A stretch of DNA of 64,000 nucleotides from Candidatus Magasanikiibacteriota bacterium (GTDB taxonomy: Bacteria; Patescibacteriota; Patescibacteriia; Magasanikbacterales; UBA922): the NCBI GenBank assembly GCA_003482855.1, contig DMXO01000004.1:141464-205463 (forward strand), in the 5' to 3' direction. Both the position numbers and the translations under genes were made by a program. The notes below the pieces were generated by a model, which was not told the DNA's origin, made no database searches, and was given only the letters and a program-made list of their open reading frames with translations. This document shows positions 47,692 to 57,842 of this stretch, piece after piece; the stretch's first letter is position 1; each line of letters starts with the position of its first letter.

Positions 47692-48285
47692 ATGTATAGG
47701 AGGTATACTAGGAAAAGAAATCGTTTATTTGGTTTTGATTATAGAAACAGACGGTATTATTTTATTACCATATGTACAGAGGATAAGATGTCATTTTTTG
47801 GTGGTGTGTACAATGGAATTATGTGTGTGAACCGTTTGGGTTCGGTCATATATCGTCAATGGGAATGGTTGGAACAACAATATAATTACATACGGTTGTA
47901 TGGGTTTGTCGTAATGCCAAATCATGTGCATGGGATATTGGAAATCGTTGGACCGGAATCCGTAGGGACAGGTCGCGATCGTGGTATTCAAACGAATGTT
48001 GATAATGAAATGAACCGTGTAGGGACAGGTCTAGACCTGTCCCTACACGCGCCCGGTTCATGCAAAATATTATCATTATCACATATTATTGGTGCATTCA
48101 AAACAACGTCATCGAAACGTATCCACGAAATTGGGTTTTCACCATTCAAATGGCAACGGTCATTTTATGATAATATTATTCGAGACAAAATTGCATTTCA
48201 TAATATACAACGATATATTATAAATAACCCGCCGATGTGGCATCGTGACCGGAATAATCGCCTTGATTTTTATACCACAAATTGA
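47692..48285 (+). mobile_element. REP-associated tyrosine transposase (RAYT / IS200-like Y1 HUH nuclease)
   Basis: RL..FDY...YYFITICT, VVMPNHVHGI (HUH), FKT.S, WQRSFYDNIIR, YI.NNP..W. Confidence 0.9.
48016..48049. repeat. GTAG-type REP-like perfect palindrome inside the RAYT gene
   Basis: CGTGTAGGGACAGGTCTAGACCTGTCCCTACACG (34 bp); second half-copy GTAGGGACAGGTC at 47962-47974. Confidence 0.85.
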
Positions 48286-48317
48286 TACAATGCATACGTT
48301 AATTTAGCAAAATATAT

Positions 48318-50084
48318 ATGTCTTATCGAACACATACGTGTGGAGAATTAACCAAAAAACATGTCAGCAAGCAGGTCATCTTGTCTGGCTGGGTGCATAG
48401 ACGCCGCAATCTCGGTGGTCTTATTTTTATTGATCTTCGCGATAGGTATGGTATGACCCAGGTCATATTCAATCCAGATGTCACACACAATTATGATATC
48501 GCAGAAAAGCTCAAGTATGAGTATGTGGTGAGCGTAAAAGGGAACGTAGAAAGTAGAAAGAAAGAAAATATCAATTCTGATTTGGCAACAGGAGAAATCG
48601 AGGTCATTGCGCAGGAAGTAGAGATATTGAGTGAAGCAAAGACATTACCATTTGAGATTTTTGACGCACACAAAGAAGCAGAAGACGAAGAATTGCGTCT
48701 CAAGTATCGATATTTAGAATTGCGTCGAGAAAAATTGCGTGACAATATCTTATTTCGCGCGCAGGTCGTGAAGTATATTCGTACCTATATGGAGGAGCGA
48801 GGATTTATTGATATTGCTACGCCGATTCTCACCGTGAGTTCGCCCGAGGGTGCACGCGATTTTTTGGTACCTTCACGATTGCATCCAGGCAAATTTTATG
48901 CACTGCCACAAGCACCACAACAATACAAGCAATTACTCATGGTCGCGGGGTTTGATAAGTACTACCAGATAGCGCCATGTATGCGTGATGAAGATGCACG
49001 CGCAGACCGCAGTCCTGGTGAATTTTATCAGCTTGACTGTGAAACAAGCTTTCTTACTCAGGATGAATTTTTTGATCTCATGGAACCTCTCTTTGTTGAA
49101 TTGACCGAGAAAGTAGCAAACAAAAAAGTATGGAAAAAACCATTTCCACGTATTCCTTTTAGACAAATCATGGAAGACTATGGTAGTGACCGACCGGATT
49201 TGCGTTATGATTTGAAGTTGGCTGATGTGAGTACATGGGCGCATGGAACTGATTTCAATGTATTCAAACAAGCAGAGTACGTGCGCATGCTTGTCGTACC
49301 TCAGGGGGATACATTTACACGCAAAGAAATTGATGACGAGTTCACCGACAAAGCAAAGCGCGCCGGAGCAAAAGGATTGGCATGGATGAAGTATGCGGAT
49401 GGGAAGTTTGAGGGCGGAGTGAGTAAATTTTTTGACGAAAAAAAGCTATCTGAGCTTTCTCAGCTGGCTAAGCTATCTAAGAATTCAATATTGTTTTTTG
49501 CTGCGGACACATGGGATGTTTCGTGCAAGGTTTTGGGTGGAGTACGTGAACTTGCAGCTCAGAAATTAAATTTGATTGATGAGAATGTTATCGCTTGGGC
49601 GTGGGTAGTAGATTTTCCAATGTATGAATTCAACGCAGAAACGAGCAAAGTGGACTTCGGACATAATCCATTCTCTATGCCACAAGGTGGTATGGAAGCA
49701 CTTGAAACCAGAGATCCTTTGGAAATTCTCGCATATCAATATGATATCATTGCCAATGGGTTTGAGCTGTCATCTGGTGCTGTGCGCAACAAAGATCCAA
49801 AAATTATGTACAAAGCGTTTGAAATAGCTGGGTATACAAAAGAGGATGTAGATGCCAAGTTTCATCACATGATCGATGCATTTGAATATGGCGCGCCTCC
49901 TCACTGTGGATTTGCACCCGGTATTGAACGTCTTACTATGGTTCTCAAAGGTGAGAAAAATATCCGTGCGGTTGTTCCATTCCCCAAAAATCAAAAAGCA
50001 GAAGAACCGATGATGGGGAGTCCGGCAGAGGTAGACAAGAAACAGCTTGATGAGTTGGGATTGAAGATCGTTGAGAAAAAATAG
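48318..50084 (+). CDS. aspS: Aspartate--tRNA ligase
   Basis: YRTHTCGEL, FIDLRDRYG, RLKYRYLELR, PEGARDFLVP, ALPQAPQ, GAPPH.G.A.G.ER. Confidence 0.97.
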   Translation: MSYRTHTCGELTKKHVSKQVILSGWVHRRRNLGGLIFIDLRDRYGMTQVIFNPDVTHNYDIAEKLKYEYVVSVKGNVESRKKENINSDLATGEIEVIAQEVEILSEAKTLPFEIFDAHKEAEDEELRLKYRYLELRREKLRDNILFRAQVVKYIRTYMEERGFIDIATPILTVSSPEGARDFLVPSRLHPGKFYALPQAPQQYKQLLMVAGFDKYYQIAPCMRDEDARADRSPGEFYQLDCETSFLTQDEFFDLMEPLFVELTEKVANKKVWKKPFPRIPFRQIMEDYGSDRPDLRYDLKLADVSTWAHGTDFNVFKQAEYVRMLVVPQGDTFTRKEIDDEFTDKAKRAGAKGLAWMKYADGKFEGGVSKFFDEKKLSELSQLAKLSKNSILFFAADTWDVSCKVLGGVRELAAQKLNLIDENVIAWAWVVDFPMYEFNAETSKVDFGHNPFSMPQGGMEALETRDPLEILAYQYDIIANGFELSSGAVRNKDPKIMYKAFEIAGYTKEDVDAKFHHMIDAFEYGAPPHCGFAPGIERLTMVLKGEKNIRAVVPFPKNQKAEEPMMGSPAEVDKKQLDELGLKIVEKK

Positions 50085-50089
50085 TTTAA

Positions 50090-50541
50090 AATTCACCTAA
50101 TTTACCTAAGTTTCAATTCACCTAATAAAATTTCCAATGCCTAATTTTTATTTTGTCATTTGAAATTTTATTAGAAATTAGGTGAATTAGGTAATTAGGT
50201 GAATTTTAGATGAATGTATGAAACTCAGTTTCCTGCAGCAATATATTTTGCTTGAAATGTCACAGAAGGGAGGACGCTTAGATCGAAAAATATTTCGGAC
50301 ATTTTACGAAACTCAAAATCTAAAATCCAAACAAAAATACCAAGAGCACATTATTACCCAAAGTCTTGAGCGTCTCATTGATAGAGGTTTTATCACTGGA
50401 TTTGGCAGACGTACACCACAAAAGTGGTTTATCACACAGGTGAGTTTGACTGTAAAAGGCAAAAAAGCTGTTCAAGAGATATATTGTCGTCGGCAGAAAA
50501 AACTTCCTTTAAATTAGGTGAATTAGATAATTAGGTGAATT
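50090..50541. repeat. Six exact ATTAGGTGAATT copies around the 99-aa gene; 31-bp direct repeats
   Basis: Reverse copies at 50090 and 50115; forward copies at 50177, 50194, 50513 and 50530. Confidence 0.9.
50218..50517 (+). CDS. Small basic winged-helix-like protein
   Basis: LSFLQQYIL...ITQSLERLIDRGFI...VSLTVKG resembles a MarR/PadR wHTH. Confidence 0.65.
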   Translation: MKLSFLQQYILLEMSQKGGRLDRKIFRTFYETQNLKSKQKYQEHIITQSLERLIDRGFITGFGRRTPQKWFITQVSLTVKGKKAVQEIYCRRQKKLPLN

Positions 50542-50554
50542 AGAAATTTTATGT

Positions 50555-51979
50555 ATGGTCTTTAGTTCACTTCTCTTCATTTTTGGATTTCTTCCAATAT
50601 TTTTGGGTCTTTATTATATGACGCCGGTACGATGGAGGAATATCACTGCCCTTGTGGGAAGTTGTTTTTTTTATGCGTGGGGAGCGCCACAGTTTATCTT
50701 TGTGTTGTGTGTGTCGAGTATTATAGATTATGTATTGAGCCGTATTATACACAAGACACATAGGAAAAAAGTTTTTCTTATTATTTCTCTCGTATTAAAT
50801 ATTGGCCTTCTCGGATACTTCAAGTATGCGAATTTTTTTGTTGGAGAATTCAATGATTTGCTTGGTCTTTTTGGGTTTACTGGCGCGCATTGGACATACA
50901 TTGCGTTACCTATAGGTATATCATTTTTTACATTTCAAAAAATAAGTTACCTCGTGGATGTATATCGAGGTACGACCACGCCCGCGCGCAATGTATTTGA
51001 TTTTCTGTTGTATGTTGTGCTTTTTCCTCAGCTTATTGCCGGCCCTATCGTACGGTATCATGATGTTGCTGAACAATTGAAAACACGTGTACATTCGCTT
51101 GAAAAAATATTTGAAGGTATATATCGGTTTTGTGTGGGACTTGGCAAGAAAGTGCTCATTGCCAATGTCATGGGCAGTGTTGCTGATAGTATCTTTGATC
51201 TTACCGGTTCTCCTGATATGACTCTATCATTTGCATGGGTCGGGATTATTGCGTATGCGCTCCAAATTTATTTTGATTTTGCGGGGTATTCAGACATGGC
51301 CATAGGATTGGGCAAAATGATGGGCTTTGACTTTCTTGAAAATTTCAATGCCCCATATATATCACAAACTATTACTGAATTTTGGCGACGATGGCACATT
51401 TCTCTTTCGCAATTTATGCGTGAGTATATCTATATACCGCTTGGAGGCAATCGTGTGTCATCGAGGCGTACGTATATCAATATGCTTATCATATTTTTTA
51501 TATCCGGTCTTTGGCATGGAGCAGCGTGGACATTTATTGTGTGGGGTGTGTACCATGGTATTTTTATATGTATAGACAAAATGTTTTGGGGTAGTATTTC
51601 CAAAAAACTCCCTAAAATTATAAATATAGGCATTACTTTTTTTATTGTTCTTGTCGGGTGGATTTTTTTTCGTTCAGAGACATTCGCGCAAGCTGGATAT
51701 TATCTACAAGCCATGTTTAGTCTCGCATCGTCGACGACAGATGTGTTGTGGGTAGATGTTATAGGGAATAGGGGATGGCTGGTATTTGCTCTCGGACTTT
51801 TCTTTAGTTTTATACCAGGGTTCAAGTTGTATGAATGGGTAGTTGGGAAATTAAAAACAAGTCAGCAAGGTTTTTTCCGTATATGTATAAAAGCATGCAC
51901 TGCTGGTTTATTGCTTGCGCTGTCTGTGTTGTCTTTGGCTAATGCAAGTTTTAATCCGTTTATTTATTTCAGGTTTTAG
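50555..51979 (+). CDS. MBOAT O-acyltransferase (AlgI/PatA type)
   Basis: LPIGISFFTFQ, FPQLIAGPIVR, QIYFDFAGYSDMAIG, FWRRWHISLS, GLWHGA, PFIYFRF. Confidence 0.95.
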   Translation: MVFSSLLFIFGFLPIFLGLYYMTPVRWRNITALVGSCFFYAWGAPQFIFVLCVSSIIDYVLSRIIHKTHRKKVFLIISLVLNIGLLGYFKYANFFVGEFNDLLGLFGFTGAHWTYIALPIGISFFTFQKISYLVDVYRGTTTPARNVFDFLLYVVLFPQLIAGPIVRYHDVAEQLKTRVHSLEKIFEGIYRFCVGLGKKVLIANVMGSVADSIFDLTGSPDMTLSFAWVGIIAYALQIYFDFAGYSDMAIGLGKMMGFDFLENFNAPYISQTITEFWRRWHISLSQFMREYIYIPLGGNRVSSRRTYINMLIIFFISGLWHGAAWTFIVWGVYHGIFICIDKMFWGSISKKLPKIINIGITFFIVLVGWIFFRSETFAQAGYYLQAMFSLASSTTDVLWVDVIGNRGWLVFALGLFFSFIPGFKLYEWVVGKLKTSQQGFFRICIKACTAGLLLALSVLSLANASFNPFIYFRF

Positions 51980-51999
51980 GTAGGATTAGGTATTAGGTT

Positions 52000-53169
52000 A
52001 TGAAGAAAATATTATTTTTTATAATAATTGTCGCATTTCTTGCTGTATTATCTTTGCCATTGCTACAGATGAAATTTGATTTTGTCAAAGAGCAACAATT
52101 GGTTGGCGTATTTAGCTCGACCGAGCAGCCTATGTGGACCAAAGATAATTGGTTTGCAGGGAATTTCCAGGCCACGTCGACTTCGTGGTTTGAAGATAAT
52201 TTTGGTTTTCGCAGTTACCTTGTGAAGACAGACAATCAAATCAATTGGACGGTATTCAATGAAATTTCTTCGAAAACAAACACACGTCTTATTCGTGGGC
52301 TTGATAATTATCTATATGAGTATGCATATATAGATGAGTATAGCCGCCGTCCTGAAAAGAAAATTACAGATTTGGAGTGGGAAGTGCAGATGCTCAAGCG
52401 GTTTCAAGATGAACTCAAGAAACGTGGCATTGAGTTTTTATTCGTCATTAGCCCGAGCAAGGCAGCTCTCTATCCAGAGTATATCCCTGCTTCATATATA
52501 TTTGGTGATAGGCAATCTCTTTCCCGTAGTTATGATATTGTCGTTGATTATTTGGATACGTATGGCGTACAGTATATAGATGGGCATACGATTGTGCGTA
52601 ATATCAAAGATCAGACTGATTATGAAGTGTTTACAAAAGGAGGCACACATTGGAATTATTATGCTGCGTGCAAAGTGAATGAGCAGATCATTGGGAAATT
52701 AGAAATTTTGTTTGGTAAAAAAATGAATCATGTTGTGTGCGATCCACCCATAGTTGACACTGATGCATACGGTATGGACGAAGACCTCATAGGTCTTACC
52801 AATATTTGGACAGATGAAGATGTTGTAGGCTCTGTGCCACATCCGCCTCTGGATATTCAAGAGCCGAATAATACTTTTATTCCCAATATGCTATTTGTAG
52901 GAGATAGTTTTTCACATCCACTGTTGCAGGTGATGGACAATAGAGTATATCGATATCGAGAATTATTGTATTATTTCAAGCGTCGTATTACATTTGATAA
53001 TGGCGTATATAGCGAGACCACAGATGATATACTCAATTGGGAAAGAAATATAGGAGACAAGGATATTGTAATTCTTGAAAATAATGAGTCCTATATGCAC
53101 GACATAGGATTTGGATTTGTAGAATATGCGCTTACTATTTTGGAATCAGGAATGTATGACGACACATAA
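52000..53169 (+). CDS. AlgJ/AlgX-like SGNH O-acetyltransferase
   Basis: N-terminal TM, DNFGFR, SPSK..LYPE, GTHWN, VGDSF; follows the MBOAT gene. Confidence 0.8.
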   Translation: MKKILFFIIIVAFLAVLSLPLLQMKFDFVKEQQLVGVFSSTEQPMWTKDNWFAGNFQATSTSWFEDNFGFRSYLVKTDNQINWTVFNEISSKTNTRLIRGLDNYLYEYAYIDEYSRRPEKKITDLEWEVQMLKRFQDELKKRGIEFLFVISPSKAALYPEYIPASYIFGDRQSLSRSYDIVVDYLDTYGVQYIDGHTIVRNIKDQTDYEVFTKGGTHWNYYAACKVNEQIIGKLEILFGKKMNHVVCDPPIVDTDAYGMDEDLIGLTNIWTDEDVVGSVPHPPLDIQEPNNTFIPNMLFVGDSFSHPLLQVMDNRVYRYRELLYYFKRRITFDNGVYSETTDDILNWERNIGDKDIVILENNESYMHDIGFGFVEYALTILESGMYDDT

Positions 53170-54835
53170 AAAACAAAACATATTTGTCTTTTTGCTTCTT
53201 TGTTGTATTACATTCATACTGTGGATGCCCACACTTAAGCTTGGCTTTTTTAGTGATGATTATCATTTTTTGTATGTTACTTCTTTACAAGACAATGTCT
53301 GGAACTATTTTGTTACCAATAATGTAGGAGAAGCGACCGGCGGATCGTATGGGCCGATATTTAATATCCTATTTACATTACAGTATTATGTATTTCATAC
53401 GTGGGCATTTGGATTCCATGTAGTCACACTTCTCGTCTATGTATTGACCGCGTATATGATATATCGGTTTGTGTATGAAATAGTTGGTAAAAAATTAATT
53501 GGTTTTGTTTCTGCATTTTTGTTTATTACATTGCATAATCACGTGGAAGCAGTGTCATGGGTTGCAGTGCAACCTCATATATGGGCAACTTTTTTCTTTG
53601 TGCTTGGAATATATGCATATTATATTTTTGTTTTGAAGCACTCTAGGATAGCATATGGTGTATCTCTTCTGTCGTTGGGGTTGTCTCTCTTTACCAAAGA
53701 GACTGCAATCATGTTTCCACTTGTCTTGTGTCTCATGGAATTATTTTTTTCAAAATATGAAATTCTTTTGAAGCGTATATATCATATATGTATACGTCTT
53801 ATTCCTTATGGTATTGTTGGTTTATCTTTTTTGTATCTACGATATAGGATAGTCGGGTATGTATTTGGATATTATAGTGGAGGGCAAATAGAAGGAACAG
53901 ATTTTTTTTCGTACATGATCATGCGAGCAAAGATGTTTGTAGAAATTACTACTAACATGTTTGTATCATCCCCATATCGCCAGGTGGTTGCCTTATGGTT
54001 TGGTGATCACAAAGTTGTATTGGCGATTATATGTGTAGGCATTTTGATAATGACACATATGGTTCACCGCATGTATAGAAAGCAATTATGGTTTTTGTTG
54101 TTGTCGTATATATGCATGAGTGTGCCATTTTTGAGTCTTACCTATAACTCGGCGCATAACGGTGGAGAGCGATATGCATATGTACTATCTATATTTTTTG
54201 TCATGTACATGACACTGTTATTGAAAGCGATTACACAAGATAGGAGGGCGGGGAATATAATATACGGCGCAGGTATTGTTATATTAGTGTGTTCATCGCT
54301 TGCTTTTTTACCTCAGAAGCTGAATGCTTGGAATCAGAGCGCAGATGTTCGTGATCGTATATTTGATCAGATAACATCTCATGGGTATGAAAATACAGAA
54401 ATAGTGGACTATTTCGTGTTTGCGGGCTTGCCCGATAATGTACTCGGCGCTGAATGTATGAGAAATGCGGTGAAAGAAGCCTTGTATTTCGAGACGCCAT
54501 TTGGTTATATTTCAGGCGAGCGAATACCCATGTACACGATTCCACATGGTATCCAAGACGTGGCGTACATAACATACAAAAAAGAAGATACTATATATGT
54601 ATTGAGTCCTTTGAACCTTTACAACGGGCGTATTTTTACTGGTTTTAGGACGTACACAAGTGATGTAGTTTCACAGGCATATCTTGGCAATTTTTGGGTA
54701 GTTGATAACTCGGGGGAGAGTATCTCTGTCGCGTTTGATGCAGAGGATATACAGATGTATAGAGATCGGGGATATTACCTAACACTAGTTTATTTCGATG
54801 GCAAAGATGTGCAATTTGTCCCTGTAAAAGAGTAG
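53156..54835 (+). CDS. GT-C-fold polytopic membrane glycosyltransferase (PMT/ArnT-like)
   Basis: FSDDY first loop, H.EAVSW, LFTKETA, ERYAY; about 11 TM. Confidence 0.75.
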   Translation: MTTHKKQNIFVFLLLCCITFILWMPTLKLGFFSDDYHFLYVTSLQDNVWNYFVTNNVGEATGGSYGPIFNILFTLQYYVFHTWAFGFHVVTLLVYVLTAYMIYRFVYEIVGKKLIGFVSAFLFITLHNHVEAVSWVAVQPHIWATFFFVLGIYAYYIFVLKHSRIAYGVSLLSLGLSLFTKETAIMFPLVLCLMELFFSKYEILLKRIYHICIRLIPYGIVGLSFLYLRYRIVGYVFGYYSGGQIEGTDFFSYMIMRAKMFVEITTNMFVSSPYRQVVALWFGDHKVVLAIICVGILIMTHMVHRMYRKQLWFLLLSYICMSVPFLSLTYNSAHNGGERYAYVLSIFFVMYMTLLLKAITQDRRAGNIIYGAGIVILVCSSLAFLPQKLNAWNQSADVRDRIFDQITSHGYENTEIVDYFVFAGLPDNVLGAECMRNAVKEALYFETPFGYISGERIPMYTIPHGIQDVAYITYKKEDTIYVLSPLNLYNGRIFTGFRTYTSDVVSQAYLGNFWVVDNSGESISVAFDAEDIQMYRDRGYYLTLVYFDGKDVQFVPVKE

Positions 54836-54865
54836 TTATTCGTGATATACTATACTTCCTATAGT

Positions 54866-55561
54866 ATGAATAAAATGATACTTATTATCCCGATTTTTAA
54901 CGGTGAGAAATATATACATGATACATGCAAAGAGCTTGAAAGTTTTTTTTTGGCGTCAGATTGTATTGAAAGTGTTATATTTGTAAATGATGGCAGTATT
55001 GATGGGACAAGAGAAGTTTTGGAAAGTATAAAGCAAACATATTCTTTTCCTCATACAGTATTTAGTTATGAAAAAAATAGAGGGAAAGGGTATGCAGTGG
55101 CGCATGCCGTTGCCCAAATCAATGGTGATTATGTGGGTTTCACTGATATAGAATTGCCTTATGGACTTCAACATATATCCGAAGGGCTGAGTAAACTCGC
55201 GTCATATGACATGGTTGTCGGAAGTCGAGAGATTGGGGCGCAGCGTTCAGGTTATAGGAGATGTATGAGTAAGATATTTCGTTTATTTTTACCGAGGGGT
55301 GTACGGAAAATAAATGACACACAGTGTGGTCTCAAATTTTTTCGGATTGATGTCGCCCGTGTTCTTTTTTCACATATCAAGACGTACCGATGGGTATTTG
55401 ACATAGAACTTTTTCTTCTCGCAGAAAAGAAAAAATATCATGTGTGTACGTTACCTGTAGTTATCAAAGAGGAATGTATAACCCCAAAAGGTGGAGTTTC
55501 ATTGTTGCGTGATGGAGTGAGGATTCTTTCCGATCTCTTACGTGTGAGAATGTATTATTAA
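54866..55561 (+). CDS. GT2 polyprenol-phosphate glycosyltransferase
   Basis: IIPIFN, VNDGSIDGT, NRGKG.AV, DTQCGLK, FDIELF. Confidence 0.9.
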   Translation: MNKMILIIPIFNGEKYIHDTCKELESFFLASDCIESVIFVNDGSIDGTREVLESIKQTYSFPHTVFSYEKNRGKGYAVAHAVAQINGDYVGFTDIELPYGLQHISEGLSKLASYDMVVGSREIGAQRSGYRRCMSKIFRLFLPRGVRKINDTQCGLKFFRIDVARVLFSHIKTYRWVFDIELFLLAEKKKYHVCTLPVVIKEECITPKGGVSLLRDGVRILSDLLRVRMYY

Positions 55562-55563
55562 TT

Positions 55564-56265
55564 ATGAACAATATCCGTGTACAATTCAAAGAATTTGATG
55601 GTCCACTTGATTTGCTTTTGTCTCTTATTGATGAGAAAAAGATGGAAATTGGTCACGTGTCTATTTCCTCGGTTACCGAACCATTTTTGCAATATCTCGA
55701 TACGCTCGAAGAAAAGGATGCTCAAGAGCTCGCTGATTTTTTGGTTGTTGCAGCCAAGCTTCTTTTGCTCAAATCACGTACATTATTGCCTCAGCTTGAA
55801 GTGGATGAGGATGAAGGTATGAGTTTGGAGGATCAACTGCGTCTATATCGCCGTTTTGTTGAAGTTAGCAAGCAAATCAATACTATGTGGCTTGATGGCA
55901 CGAGAAAGGCATATGGGCGTGTAGAGCCTCCTATACGGCCAGAGCAGACGATACAGCCAGATAATCTGTCACAAGACACGTTGCGTCAATCTATGATACA
56001 ATTGGTACAACGTCTGGCTCCTCCCAAACCACTACCTGAGACGTACATTGATCGGACGGTTTCAATGAAAGAAAAGGTGGATATATTGCGTCGTTTACTT
56101 TCGAAAAGAGGTTCTCATATTAGTTTTTATGAATTCCTTGCAGACGCAAAGACAAAAACAGAGGTAATTGTGAGTTTTTTGGCAATTTTGGAATTGGTAA
56201 AGCAACATAGTGCGTCAGTCAATCAAATAAATAATTTTTCAGATATTATTATTGAAAAAATATAA
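55564..56265 (+). CDS. scpA: Segregation and condensation protein A
   Basis: FDGPLDLLL, FLVVAA.LL..KSR.LLP, FLAILELVK. Confidence 0.95.
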   Translation: MNNIRVQFKEFDGPLDLLLSLIDEKKMEIGHVSISSVTEPFLQYLDTLEEKDAQELADFLVVAAKLLLLKSRTLLPQLEVDEDEGMSLEDQLRLYRRFVEVSKQINTMWLDGTRKAYGRVEPPIRPEQTIQPDNLSQDTLRQSMIQLVQRLAPPKPLPETYIDRTVSMKEKVDILRRLLSKRGSHISFYEFLADAKTKTEVIVSFLAILELVKQHSASVNQINNFSDIIIEKI

Positions 56266-56274
56266 TTTGTGTGT

Positions 56275-56799
56275 ATGGTATCTTTAATTGAATCAATATT
56301 ATTTGTTGCTTCCAAGCCTTTGACAATACAAAAAATAGCCAAGGCATTAGGTGCGGATAATTCAAAAGTTGAGGAAGTGTTGCTTATACTTGAGCAGAAA
56401 TATACTGATACATCGGGTATACATATTAGTAGGGTTGGGGATAGTGTGCAGATGGTTACTAATCCGGACAATACTGACGTGGTAGAGAAATTTGTAAAAA
56501 ATGAAGTACAGGGTGAACTTACTAAGGCACAACTTGAAACCCTCACTGTAGTAGCATATCGTGGTCCTATCACGCGTCCTGAATTGGAAGAAATACGTGG
56601 GGTTAATTGCGCAGTAATTTTGCGTAATCTCATGATCCGCGGGTTGGTAGATGAACATGAAACAAAAGACAGCGTATTGCCCGTATATGAATTATCTATG
56701 GATGCTCTTCGTTTTTTGGGCGTGCGTGATGTCATTGAGTTGCCAGATTATCAATCATTTCAGCAACATGAGTCTCTAGATCAAGAACAACATGATTAA
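56275..56799 (+). CDS. scpB: Segregation and condensation protein B
   Basis: IESILF, LETL.VVAY.GPITR..LEEIRGVN, L..RGLV. Confidence 0.95.
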   Translation: MVSLIESILFVASKPLTIQKIAKALGADNSKVEEVLLILEQKYTDTSGIHISRVGDSVQMVTNPDNTDVVEKFVKNEVQGELTKAQLETLTVVAYRGPITRPELEEIRGVNCAVILRNLMIRGLVDEHETKDSVLPVYELSMDALRFLGVRDVIELPDYQSFQQHESLDQEQHD

Positions 56800-57838
56800 T
56801 TTGATAGAAAAACATACCAATAATAATTTTTCGAATAAGTGGCGCAATATATCTGCTGTTTTTTTGATTATTGGAGTAGGATTTGGTTGGTTTTGGTATA
56901 CAGCTGGTGATCATACTACATATATAGAGAAGTACATTCGTGGTGAGAAATTGCAGGAGATGGGTGATGTTTCTGTTGAGAATAATGGAACAGGCATAGT
57001 AGGAGGAGATGTGGTGTTTGAGCCTATTCTTGATAAAGTCCCAGTTCTTGCTGCAGATTCCACAGCATTTGACACAGACATACTGACTGCAGATTCCATT
57101 TTGGTAAAAGATGTGCAAAGTGGCGCAGTGCTACTAAACAAAAATGAATATGCGAAACATTCTATTGCAAGCATTACCAAACTTATGACTGCTCTGGTCC
57201 TTCTTGAATACGATATAAACTGGAATGCTACGACGACAGTTATCGGTGCGGATAGCCTCGATACGCATATGTATGCAGGAGATATTTATATGTATGAAGA
57301 ATTGTGGAATGCTATGCTCATAGCTTCTTCAAATAAGGCCGCGTTGTCTCTGGTGGAGTCTATCAACGGGACAGAAGATGAGTTTGTTGTCCGTATGAAT
57401 AAAAGAGCGCAGGAGTTGGGACTTTCAGACACTGTTTTTACTGATGTTACGGGTATTGAAGATACCAATATATCGACCGCTTCTGATATAGTTATTTTGT
57501 TACAAGAAGCATTACGCCATCCACAAATTCAGGAAACATTATTGAAAAAAGAATACACTCTCTATTCAGAGCAACGACAAAAAGAACATCATATGTGGAG
57601 CACCAATTGGCTGATACTCGATGACCCAAATCCGTGGATTTATCATTCGTTTGATACTGTTTTGGGTGGAAAGACAGGATATATTGTTGCGGCCGGATTT
57701 AACTTTGTTGTTGAAGTAGAAAAAGGCGGACATCATATTGATGTCGTTGTACTCGGTGCGGATAGCAATGAAGCTCGATTTACTGAAGCGCGTGATGTAG
57801 GTGAATGGGTGTTTGATAATTATACGTGGGAGGAATAA
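56792..57838 (+). CDS. Peptidase S11 D-alanyl-D-alanine carboxypeptidase
   Basis: SxxK (ASITKLMT), SxN (SSN) and KTG motifs; N-terminal TM. Confidence 0.9.
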   Translation: MINLIEKHTNNNFSNKWRNISAVFLIIGVGFGWFWYTAGDHTTYIEKYIRGEKLQEMGDVSVENNGTGIVGGDVVFEPILDKVPVLAADSTAFDTDILTADSILVKDVQSGAVLLNKNEYAKHSIASITKLMTALVLLEYDINWNATTTVIGADSLDTHMYAGDIYMYEELWNAMLIASSNKAALSLVESINGTEDEFVVRMNKRAQELGLSDTVFTDVTGIEDTNISTASDIVILLQEALRHPQIQETLLKKEYTLYSEQRQKEHHMWSTNWLILDDPNPWIYHSFDTVLGGKTGYIVAAGFNFVVEVEKGGHHIDVVVLGADSNEARFTEARDVGEWVFDNYTWEE

Positions 57839-57842
57839 TTAT

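Noticed and set aside
50090-50541. Possible CRISPR array
   Set aside because: Units are 8-12 bp without unique 30-40-bp spacers, and there are no cas genes in the window.
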